A stretch of 10,694 bases of DNA from Candidatus Heimdallarchaeota archaeon (GTDB taxonomy: Archaea; Asgardarchaeota; Heimdallarchaeia; Hodarchaeales; Hodarchaeaceae). Below are positions 1 to 7,654 of this stretch, in pieces. Numbering within the stretch: position 1 is the stretch's first letter; every line of letters starts with the position of its first letter. The stretch lies in the NCBI GenBank assembly GCA_019057635.1, contig DXJL01000069.1, positions 1 to 10,694 on the forward strand, given 5' to 3'. The translations under genes and the position numbers were made by a program. The notes below the pieces were generated by a model, which ran no database searches, was not told the origin of the DNA, and saw only the letters and a program-made list of their open reading frames with translations.

Positions 1-1
1 C

Positions 2-1603
2 TAGCTCCATTATGTGATTTCCATCTTGCTTAGTATAGAATTCAGCCCCCTGTACCTCAAATGGATAACCAAGTCCAACGGGTACACCAAGCACCTGTAA
101 TTTTCTTTGTTTATCTGTAATAAAGACCTCATTGCTACCTGGATGAGATTGTTTGTAAATAGATATCCGTAAGTGTTTATTTTCGACAAAGATTTGTTGA
201 TTTAGTTCATAAGATAATGATTTACTTTCATTGAAAATTAAAACTGGTATTTTTTCTTTATTCAGAAGATTTCCATCTTTAGTTTTAACTATAGCCTCAA
301 AATAATCAACTAAGCTTGATGTCGAACCTGTTCTAGCTTGGTATTCTATCATTGAATCATATTTTTGTAGGTTAACCGTTCTTTGATGATCAACAAACGT
401 AATCTTCTGACTATCTTTAACTTCCATTTGAACTTCTTGATCTTCCCCCAGATTATTCTGTAGGGATATTGGAAGTGTGAAATTATGGTTAGGAATCATT
501 GTAAAATTAATTGGATATGCATCTATTTTAATAGCTTTAACAGGTATTTTACCAACTGTTAATGGAAATGTTGTACCATTGTGAGTAATATTAAAAGTAA
601 TACCATGGTCAGTTAATGTATGGGTATGAAGTTTAGTATCAAGCTCATCAGTATCTGCAAGAAATTTCCCTTTCAGTTCAATTGTTTTCGAGCTATTTCC
701 AGTTAATTTTATTGAATTTTTTTGTTCTGGACTTTGAATTTGAATCTTAGGAGTGGCTTCGACCTCAAAATCAATTAGCACGTCGGTAATATAATTATTA
801 GTCAAAATTAATTTTATTTTGAATTCTTCAAAGCCAACAAATGCTTTAGAATTCGAAGTGAACGCTTTAATCAGTAAATTATCAGATGAGGTTTGTAGAT
901 GAAATCCACTTATCCTCCCTATTGCCCTATCAATCCACGTTGTCAACCTTTGATTTCCATCTTCAAATACATAGTCATATTTCTGCATCTGTTCTTCCAA
1001 TGTATTATTTGGTTCTTGATCTATCACGGGGGAAAAAGATTCATACCATGATTTAGATATATCTGAGAAAAATTTTCCGAAATAAGGGAAATTGAGGATT
1101 TGTGGAAGGTAATTCTCCATATAAACAGATGTGTCGGGTCTCCACTTGTAACCTTGACGTTTATACAAAGGCATGGCCTTTAAATTACCACCCCACGTAT
1201 GTAATGAAATTAGTGTTGCCTTAAGCTTTGTTACATAGCGTGTAGAATGTAAAAGAAGCGCTTTCCCTAGTTTTTCTCCTTGATATGCTGGATCGACCCC
1301 TAAAAAATGGACATAATATGCATTGGGACTGTTCCATGATTTTCCAATGAAGCAAACTCCTACTATCTTGTTTGAATCGTCGGGAGCGACAGCAATGAAA
1401 TGACCTTCTATATCCTGCTCTTTCATTTCTTTTTCAAGAAATTCTCCAGTAAAGACTCTAGTTCCTCCGAAACCCTCTGGCCAACTCTCAGGATCTTTGA
1501 ATGAATTGTAGCAACGGGCAAGACGATCAAAGTCTTCTCTTGTTCGCATTAATTTTCGGACATACTGAGAGTTTTCAACGGAGGGAAGACTTTTCTGTAC
1601 CAT
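2..1603 (-). CDS. Large GNAT-family N-acetyltransferase domain protein, partial (534 codons visible, continues past the left edge)
   Basis: Hand translation from ATG at 1603 gives MVQKSLPSVENSQYVRKLMRTREDFDRLARCYNSFKDPESWPEGFGG..., with no stop to the window edge. Acetyl-CoA-binding motif A-like YVHFLGVDPAYQGEKLGKALL and motif B-like LHTWGGNLKAMPLYKRQGYKW are present. GGGTGA SD-like site at 1610-1615. The remainder is beta-strand-like sequence of unknown function. Confidence 0.9.
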   Translation of the reverse strand, partial: MVQKSLPSVENSQYVRKLMRTREDFDRLARCYNSFKDPESWPEGFGGTRVFTGEFLEKEMKEQDIEGHFIAVAPDDSNKIVGVCFIGKSWNSPNAYYVHFLGVDPAYQGEKLGKALLLHSTRYVTKLKATLISLHTWGGNLKAMPLYKRQGYKWRPDTSVYMENYLPQILNFPYFGKFFSDISKSWYESFSPVIDQEPNNTLEEQMQKYDYVFEDGNQRLTTWIDRAIGRISGFHLQTSSDNLLIKAFTSNSKAFVGFEEFKIKLILTNNYITDVLIDFEVEATPKIQIQSPEQKNSIKLTGNSSKTIELKGKFLADTDELDTKLHTHTLTDHGITFNITHNGTTFPLTVGKIPVKAIKIDAYPINFTMIPNHNFTLPISLQNNLGEDQEVQMEVKDSQKITFVDHQRTVNLQKYDSMIEYQARTGSTSSLVDYFEAIVKTKDGNLLNKEKIPVLIFNESKSLSYELNQQIFVENKHLRISIYKQSHPGSNEVFITDKQRKLQVLGVPVGLGYPFEVQGAEFYTKQDGNHIMEL

Positions 1604-1768
1604 CTTAATTCACCCATCATAGCTTTATGAATATGTAAAAAGTCTGAGAATTCGCTAGATTTCCCCATATCACAGAAACCATAATGATAGTAACTTGTTG
1701 AGGGTTCCATACTCACTTTATATTCTCAATGGTGTTGGCAAACAAAGCCAGATGAGTTGAAAATTGCT

Positions 1769-2545
1769 CTAATCGATATCTAATTCTTTTTCGTAATAGG
1801 TATAGGTATACCACTTATTGCAACCAATTTTATCGTAAAGTTTTCTTGCGGAAGTATTAGACTTTTCTACTTGAAGAAATATATATTTCGCACCGCTTAA
1901 TTTTCCCCATTTTACAGTGTGCCATAAAAGGTTTGTTGCTATCCCTTTATTACGATAAATAGGATCTATTGCTAAATTCATAATCCCCATATATTTATCA
2001 TCAATGATTGCGAGAACTACACCGATTATTTTGGAATCAATAGTTGCATAAAAGAATCTCTTTTGAGGTATGACTACTCGATCAATTATCTCACCTATTA
2101 CTGTCATTTTGTAAGGTGATCGATTAGGACTAAGGCGAGTCAAAGCTGAATACCATTCTGGGGTACGTTGAATTGTGTAATTATATTTATATGAATCTTT
2201 TATCTTTTCAACATTTATCTCACTCAATTGTTCTCCCATGACGTCTGTCGGCATTATTGGTTGATAGGACAAATCACTCAGAGCAGTATATAATTCTGAG
2301 GGTGCGTGTTGATCATGTAACATAAATTTAGAAGAGGAATTGAATTTTCTGTAAATTTCTTCCACTTGAGTGATGTCTTTGAGAAGATTTTTCCCCCAAT
2401 AGTTTAAGGGAAGTACAGAATTCGCTCTCCAGGTCACTCCTTCATTAACTCGTAAAATCCAGCCATTAATCAAATAATAGAATTCAGCGGGCCAGATATT
2501 ATTTGCTCTTTCCTGAACAATTCTAATGGTTTCTTGATTGAGCAT
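1769..2545 (-). CDS. GNAT family N-acetyltransferase (258 aa)
   Basis: C-terminal GNAT motifs IMNLAIDPIYRNKGIATNLL and IFLQVEKSNTSARKLYDKIG. N-terminal WPA...GWILR...G.T.RANSVLPL segment is typical of this ~250-aa GNAT subfamily. Confidence 0.9.
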   Translation of the reverse strand: MLNQETIRIVQERANNIWPAEFYYLINGWILRVNEGVTWRANSVLPLNYWGKNLLKDITQVEEIYRKFNSSSKFMLHDQHAPSELYTALSDLSYQPIMPTDVMGEQLSEINVEKIKDSYKYNYTIQRTPEWYSALTRLSPNRSPYKMTVIGEIIDRVVIPQKRFFYATIDSKIIGVVLAIIDDKYMGIMNLAIDPIYRNKGIATNLLWHTVKWGKLSGAKYIFLQVEKSNTSARKLYDKIGCNKWYTYTYYEKELDID

Positions 2546-2688
2546 CCTTACTATCTCAGATATGACTTAAATCATTTTATGTGCAATCTCAAATGTTCTT
2601 GATATAAAATTTCTCATAGAGACAATTGAATAGATTCATAAATCCTAATTATGGTAGATTCACTATAAGATTAATTGAGGGACAACCG

Positions 2689-3834
2689 ATGACTGAAGGC
2701 AAAAAAAGCAATTTTGGTACTTCACGGGAACTAGGAGAGGAGCTTAAGAAAATCATTCTAGAAAAAAAGATCTTAAAAACAATTAAAACATATTTTGAGA
2801 GGTTAGGAAATTTTGACCCTGCATCTGGAATTTCTCTTAATGAATATAAAAACTATCTACATGATAATGGCTATAATGCGTTAAGAGAACAATTTCTTGT
2901 CGATATTAAAGCCAAAATTGACAAACGAATGGGGGAACTAGATAAAATGAGTCGTAAAAAGGCTCAAAGTAAGAAGGAGCAGGAACAAGAAGAAACAGAT
3001 GCGTACCTACAAGCAAGACTCGAAATATATGAAGATGCGGGACAAATTCCTTCTGATGTCGAAGCCGGCGATGGAGGAATTGAGCACCTTAAACAAATAT
3101 TATTAATTCCTTCCTGGGGTAAACTCCTTGGGACAGGTCCCTTCAACGGTTTTTATCTAAATCAGCCGGTATACGAGATTATCCATGACAATGTAATTTT
3201 TCTTCCCGACTTTGCTGTTACAGGTTTTGAAGAAACCAAAGGAGAGCCGTTTATTTTCCTGAGTGGTGTAGGCGTTTATTATATCCAATTTCGGTTAAGT
3301 CCAGGAGAAATTATCACAGATTATCGTGAAATCAGTGGAGTTGTTCTCCCGATGGACATGTATGACAAAGCACAGACTGCAGAATCACTCGTGAGTTCAA
3401 AAGATCTGCTTATGACTGAATTGATGACCACTATTCCATTTGCATTATTTCAAGCAAAACAGACAAAACAGATGTATCTTAGAGGCGTTGTCGCACGGAA
3501 TATATTCCATCCATATAGAGAGGCATTTACCCAATTAGTGAAATTGTGTATGGATCCTGACTCTCTTTCCGAGACTCAAGGTTTGAAAGTACTTTCAGGA
3601 GGCTTGAACGCAGATATTCCAATTTACACTAATGAAATACTCACAGAAATTCAACAACCAATGGAATACTCACGATTAACGGCAGGACTTAAAAATATTC
3701 AACCAAAGCTCGACAAGATTGTCACCGACCTTCAAATTGATGGTTTGAAGAAAGCTATCTTTGAGAAAATAGCATTGATAAAAAAGGAATTTGCTGAGGT
3801 TGGATATCCGCAACTTCTGGATTGGATGCCCTGA
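2689..3834 (+). CDS. Hypothetical protein (~381 aa) with charged helical/coiled-coil N-terminus and globular C-terminal domain
   Basis: Long open frame. ATG at 2689 (MTEGKK) follows GAGGG at 2677-2681 and is preferred over the track's TTG at 2626. No recognisable catalytic motif. Confidence 0.85.
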   Translation: MTEGKKSNFGTSRELGEELKKIILEKKILKTIKTYFERLGNFDPASGISLNEYKNYLHDNGYNALREQFLVDIKAKIDKRMGELDKMSRKKAQSKKEQEQEETDAYLQARLEIYEDAGQIPSDVEAGDGGIEHLKQILLIPSWGKLLGTGPFNGFYLNQPVYEIIHDNVIFLPDFAVTGFEETKGEPFIFLSGVGVYYIQFRLSPGEIITDYREISGVVLPMDMYDKAQTAESLVSSKDLLMTELMTTIPFALFQAKQTKQMYLRGVVARNIFHPYREAFTQLVKLCMDPDSLSETQGLKVLSGGLNADIPIYTNEILTEIQQPMEYSRLTAGLKNIQPKLDKIVTDLQIDGLKKAIFEKIALIKKEFAEVGYPQLLDWMP

Positions 3835-3870
3835 CTCGTTTTTCAACACTAGAAATGATCCAAGGCACAA

Positions 3871-4074
3871 TCAGAGGTTGTAATACTCAGCTTCGATTTC
3901 TTCTTCGATCACAACTGCGATCAAGTTATGTGCATTTCTGTGATGTTCTAGGTAACAGATCTCATGAATAATTTCTGTACACCTGTCACAGGATGTCAAT
4001 AGCACATATCCGAATAAATCCTGTCGTAAGAGGAGTTTATTACAAACTGAACAATACCTCGGATCCTTTCTCAT
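3871..4074 (-). CDS. Small Cys/His-rich putative zinc finger protein (67 aa)
   Basis: CxxC-x17-CxxC-x4-HxxC-x3-HH-x3-H pattern, GAGGT SD at 4081-4085, and ATGA overlap with the upstream ORF's stop. Confidence 0.8.
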   Translation of the reverse strand: MRKDPRYCSVCNKLLLRQDLFGYVLLTSCDRCTEIIHEICYLEHHRNAHNLIAVVIEEEIEAEYYNL

Positions 4075-4214
4075 GCTCGTACCTCACTGGCGTTATTTGC
4101 CACTAATTGTTCTTCTGAAGCCACAAGTTCACGTTTTTTACAGTTAACACAAACACCTGGGCTTTCAGCATCTTTGGGTGGGGATAATACAGTTCCACAT
4201 TCGTTACAAAACAT
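4071..4214 (-). CDS. Small zinc-ribbon protein (47 aa), absent from the ORF track
   Basis: Translates as MFCNECGTVLSPPKDAESPGVCVNCKKRELVASEEQLVANNASEVRA*, with CxxCG...CxxC. GGAGG SD at 4227-4231. Its TGA (4071-4073) overlaps the next ATG (4072-4074). Confidence 0.8.
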   Translation of the reverse strand: MFCNECGTVLSPPKDAESPGVCVNCKKRELVASEEQLVANNASEVRA

Positions 4215-4390
4215 TTTTCTTAAAAACCTCCGTTTGTTTTCCTATACACCCAGGAATTGTAAGGAATTATTGGTTCACATAAAATAGCGTTGTGTGACAA
4301 TAAGAATACCATTGGTGCGCCAAATATGCGCCGTCAATTGTTTCATTATATCACATCAGATATCGACAAAAGCTTCCTGGCCATTTGTCA

Positions 4391-4401
4391 CTTAAGCTTT
4401 C
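4391..4401 (-). promoter_or_regulatory. Candidate archaeal BRE/TATA-like element for the zinc-microprotein genes
   Basis: Minus strand reads GAAAGCTTAAG, similar to GAAAGACTTAAG at 7404-7415 upstream of the 64-aa gene. Pattern-based only. Confidence 0.3.
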
Positions 4402-4497
4402 AATTCTTTGTTTTTAAAAGTTTTCCTCTTTCTGCACATAGTAAACCACTAAGATCAATGATAACAAATTCTAATTTGCCTAGAGGAGAGGAAATCA

Positions 4498-5556
4498 TCA
4501 GGTAAGAAATTTTTTAAACGTAGTATTCAAAACAGTAATGGCCTGCTCGATATCTTGACGGGAAAGACCAACGTGAGTCACAAGTCGTTGATAATAACCC
4601 TTATGCAAGCCTAAAACACCTTGTTTGATAAGTGAGTTATGAATCTCTAATGTAGGAGCTGCCTCAGGAAAAGAAAAGTTGATTATGTTTGTTTCTGGCA
4701 TTGTAACAGAAATCAGCTCATTCTCTGCTTGTAAGGCTTTTGCTAACATCTTTGCATGAACATGATCTTGTTTTAACTGCTTTCTCCAATTATGCTCGAG
4801 GGCGATAAGCCCCATTATTGCCAAAACTCCTGCTTGTCTCATTCCTCCACCTAGCATTTTACGGAATTTTCGAGCACGATCAATAACTTCTTGCGATCCC
4901 GCAATCATAGAACCGACAGGACAGGCCATTCCCTTAGAGAGACAGAACATCACAGTATCGACATGATCTGTAAACTTATGTAATGGAGAATCTAATGCCA
5001 CAGCAGCATTAAAAATTCGAGCTCCATCTAGATGAAATTTCATATTATGATCTTGGGTGAATTTGGATAATTTCTCTAAGTCTTGAGGTCTTATTACAAT
5101 GCCTCCATGGGTATTGTGAGTATTTTCTACTGCGAGTAATGTTGTCCAGGGTTGATGTAGATCATCTCTTGGTCGAATCATCATCTCAAGTTCTTGGATG
5201 CTAGGCACACCACGTGAGGATTTGAAAGTTTTAGTTGTCAAACCACCTATTCGAGCCGCACTACCAACTTCGTATAAACATATGTGGCTTTTTGCTTCTA
5301 TTAATATCTCTTCACCGGGTTGAGTCTGACTCAACAAGGAAACAAGATTACCTTGTGATCCAGATGTTACAAGCAGTGTTGCCTCTTTATTCATTAATTT
5401 CGCAGCTTTTGCTTCTAATTCATTGACCGTTGGATCTTCTCCATATACATCATCCCCCAAATGTGAATCTTCCAAGTTTTTCAATGCGTCCCACATATCT
5501 GGAGTGGGTTTTGTTACTGTATCTGATCTTAGATCAATTAATGGTGGTTGTGACAT
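4498..5556 (-). CDS. ltaE: Low-specificity L-threonine aldolase (PLP-dependent, 352 aa)
   Basis: Signature motifs IDLRSDTVTKPT, GDDVYGEDPTVNELE, VENTHN, HLDGARIFNA, PLP-lysine motif FCLSKGMACPVGS and GGGMRQAG. AGGAG SD at 5566-5570. Confidence 0.95.
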   Translation of the reverse strand: MSQPPLIDLRSDTVTKPTPDMWDALKNLEDSHLGDDVYGEDPTVNELEAKAAKLMNKEATLLVTSGSQGNLVSLLSQTQPGEEILIEAKSHICLYEVGSAARIGGLTTKTFKSSRGVPSIQELEMMIRPRDDLHQPWTTLLAVENTHNTHGGIVIRPQDLEKLSKFTQDHNMKFHLDGARIFNAAVALDSPLHKFTDHVDTVMFCLSKGMACPVGSMIAGSQEVIDRARKFRKMLGGGMRQAGVLAIMGLIALEHNWRKQLKQDHVHAKMLAKALQAENELISVTMPETNIINFSFPEAAPTLEIHNSLIKQGVLGLHKGYYQRLVTHVGLSRQDIEQAITVLNTTFKKFLT

Positions 5557-5642
5557 AGGTTTTTTCTCCTAGAGACGATAAAAACATAAATGATTGTTAT
5601 TGAGATCTGATTTGAATATATCACTTATTTTTTGTGGTTATC

Positions 5643-6125
5643 ATGAGAAGCATTCGACGAAAAGAGAAAGCTATCACTGATGAAGATGAAATTAAGAGGA
5701 TTTTGAAGTCTGTTAAGTATATCACTCTTGCCATGTGCAATGACTCTAATCCTTATCTAGTGACACTAAGTCATGGTTATGATATTGAAAACAATGTAAT
5801 ATACTTTCATTGTGCGTCAGAGGGGAAAAAAATAGCCTATTTAACTGCCAACAAGCAAATTTGGGGACAAGCACTTGTAGATCATGGATATGTACCTGGT
5901 GAATGCAATCATCATTATTCAACAGTACAATTCTCTGGAGAAGTCGAATTTCTTACAGATAGTGCTGAAAAAAAACATGCACTAATAGTAATGATTGACC
6001 AATTAGAGGACGATAGTGCATTACGACAGAATGTAAAAGAAAAACAATTAAAAGAAAAAGCAATAAAAAAGGTGAATATTGGTAAAATATTGATAAGTGG
6101 ATTTAGTGGAAAAAGAGGAGAATAG
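5643..6125 (+). CDS. Pyridoxamine 5'-phosphate oxidase-like / NimA-family flavin-binding protein (~160 aa)
   Basis: IRRKEKAI...LAM...PYLVTLSHGY...IYFHCASEGKK...YSTVQFSGEV...GK matches the split-barrel flavin-binding NimA-like family. Start at ATG 5643 or GTG 5634. Confidence 0.88.
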   Translation: MRSIRRKEKAITDEDEIKRILKSVKYITLAMCNDSNPYLVTLSHGYDIENNVIYFHCASEGKKIAYLTANKQIWGQALVDHGYVPGECNHHYSTVQFSGEVEFLTDSAEKKHALIVMIDQLEDDSALRQNVKEKQLKEKAIKKVNIGKILISGFSGKRGE

Positions 6126-6148
6126 GGAGAATTTCACGAAGAAAAAAG

Positions 6149-7297
6149 TTATAATTTTGTGAAACTCACCACCGTTGGCCAATCGAGTTTTTTGATCATT
6201 TCGACCATTAATTGGATATTCGCCTCGACATCTTCAAGATCTAAAATTCCATGATGTGAATGAATATGCCTTGTTGGTATCCCACAAAAAAGAGAGGGTG
6301 CACCCATACCGGTGATATGAATCACACCAGCATCGGTACCTCCCACACGAAGGAAGGCTGGTTGAAAAGAAATATTCTTTTCTTCAGCAATTTCAATAGC
6401 AAATTTTCTTAATCTAGGATTCGGGATCATAGATCCATCACCTGCCGATATAGAAACTCCTTTACCCATTTTTTGGACAATTCCTTTTGTCCCTGGAACA
6501 TCACCTGAAATATCAACGTCAATGGCAAATCCAATATCTGGCATTATTGTTTGTGCAGCTGTACGTGCTCCTCGTAATCCAACTTCCTCTTGAGTTGTTG
6601 ACGCACAATAAACGGTATTAGGATGGTCTATCTTTTCCTCAGATAGTCTACGAAGGACTTCAAGAATAATAAACACACCAATTCTATCATCGAATGCTTT
6701 CGCTGCGGCTAGAGTTGTAGGGCGTGTTTTTTCAGATTCTCTCTTATCTGAATCCTCTTTCTTTACTTTTTTCTTTCTCTCCATTGTTCGGAAAAATGCG
6801 TACGGGACCGCTGGATCACCGATTCTAATTCCTAATTCCTTGACTTCTTTCTCGGAAGAGCATCCAATATCAATATGCATTTTGTCCTTCGTTACAACCT
6901 GAGTTCTTTCTTTAGGAGAGAGGACATGGGGTGGTTTTGCTGCAATAATGCCAATGATTTTATCCCCACCCTTGAAAGGCCTTATTAGTACCTCTTGGGC
7001 AAGAAGACTTTGGTCTGGCCATCCTCCTAACTGATAAAAAGTCAAGAAACCGTTTTTTTCGATCCCTGTGATGACAAATCCTACCTCATCAACATGTCCC
7101 GCTAGCATGATTTTGGGACCTTCTTCTTTACCTACTTTTTTAAATATTACACTACCCATACGATCAAACTCAATATCTGTTGCATAATTCTGACCATAGT
7201 CGCGTACAATTTGCTGAACTTCTTGTTCATGACCACTAGGTCCAAAGGCATTACATAAATCCTCTAGTAATTTAAGATTAAGTTGTATTCCAGCCAT
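6149..7297 (-). CDS. M42 family (TET-type) metallo-aminopeptidase (382 aa)
   Basis: Metal and catalytic motifs GPSGHE, AGHVDEVG, KAFDDRIG, TQEEVGLRGA, AIDV, GGTDAG and PTRHIHS. Confidence 0.95.
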   Translation of the reverse strand: MAGIQLNLKLLEDLCNAFGPSGHEQEVQQIVRDYGQNYATDIEFDRMGSVIFKKVGKEEGPKIMLAGHVDEVGFVITGIEKNGFLTFYQLGGWPDQSLLAQEVLIRPFKGGDKIIGIIAAKPPHVLSPKERTQVVTKDKMHIDIGCSSEKEVKELGIRIGDPAVPYAFFRTMERKKKVKKEDSDKRESEKTRPTTLAAAKAFDDRIGVFIILEVLRRLSEEKIDHPNTVYCASTTQEEVGLRGARTAAQTIMPDIGFAIDVDISGDVPGTKGIVQKMGKGVSISAGDGSMIPNPRLRKFAIEIAEEKNISFQPAFLRVGGTDAGVIHITGMGAPSLFCGIPTRHIHSHHGILDLEDVEANIQLMVEMIKKLDWPTVVSFTKL

Positions 7298-7403
7298 TAA
7301 TTATTCTCTCACTTCTAATTTGAGTTTTTTAAACTCTTAGCAAATTAATATTACATTCCCAATCCTAGGTGGCTAGAGTTTAAGTGTTATCTTCACTCAC
7401 CCA

Positions 7404-7415
7404 GAAAGACTTAAG
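7404..7415 (+). promoter_or_regulatory. Candidate archaeal BRE/TATA-like element
   Basis: GAAAGACTTAAG ends about 45 nt upstream of ATG 7460, leaving room for a start site ahead of the AGGAG SD at 7446-7450. Confidence 0.35.
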
Positions 7416-7459
7416 AAATCCAATAATCCCCAGCTCATTTTAAACAGGAGATTGAATAG

Positions 7460-7654
7460 ATGGATGATAAAGTATTTTCATACAAAGGTAAAACCTGTGG
7501 AGAATGTGCTTACTTAACTGAAAATGCTCCAATTCACATAAGTGGAGATATGGCTGGACAGGAGAAAGGATTATGTCGATTACTAATACTTCATAATAAT
7601 TTCGCAATTATGTTAAAAGGAGAAATTGCTTGTCCTGAGTTTGTCTCACGGTAG
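7460..7654 (+). CDS. Small four-cysteine putative metal-binding protein (64 aa)
   Basis: AGGAG SD at 7446-7450. Motif CGECAY...GLC...ACPEF (CxxC-x22-C-x18-C). Confidence 0.75.
   Translation: MDDKVFSYKGKTCGECAYLTENAPIHISGDMAGQEKGLCRLLILHNNFAIMLKGEIACPEFVSR

Noticed and set aside
2626-2688. TTG-initiated N-terminal extension of the hypothetical protein, and a TAGATTCA direct repeat at 2631 and 2655
   Set aside because: ATG 2689 has an SD-like site and is the more plausible start. Two 8-mers in AT-rich DNA are too weak to call an operator.
2964-3146. 60-aa minus-strand ORF
   Set aside because: Wholly antisense to a long CDS and has no motif; a shadow ORF.
3676-3870. 64-aa ORF in frame directly after the zinc-finger gene's TGA (possible selenocysteine or readthrough)
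   Set aside because: Mostly antisense to the 3' end of the hypothetical gene. The TGA is not in a redox-motif context and no SECIS-like element is evident.
4293-4355. Hairpin as a SECIS element or known riboswitch
   Set aside because: AUGA is on the 5' arm but there is no opposing GA for the quartet. I recognise no riboswitch consensus.
4290-4505. 71-aa plus-strand ORF
   Set aside because: TTG start without an SD, no protein-like motif, and it lies over the probable promoter/leader of the minus-strand genes.
5235-5426. 63-aa plus-strand ORF
   Set aside because: Antisense within ltaE.
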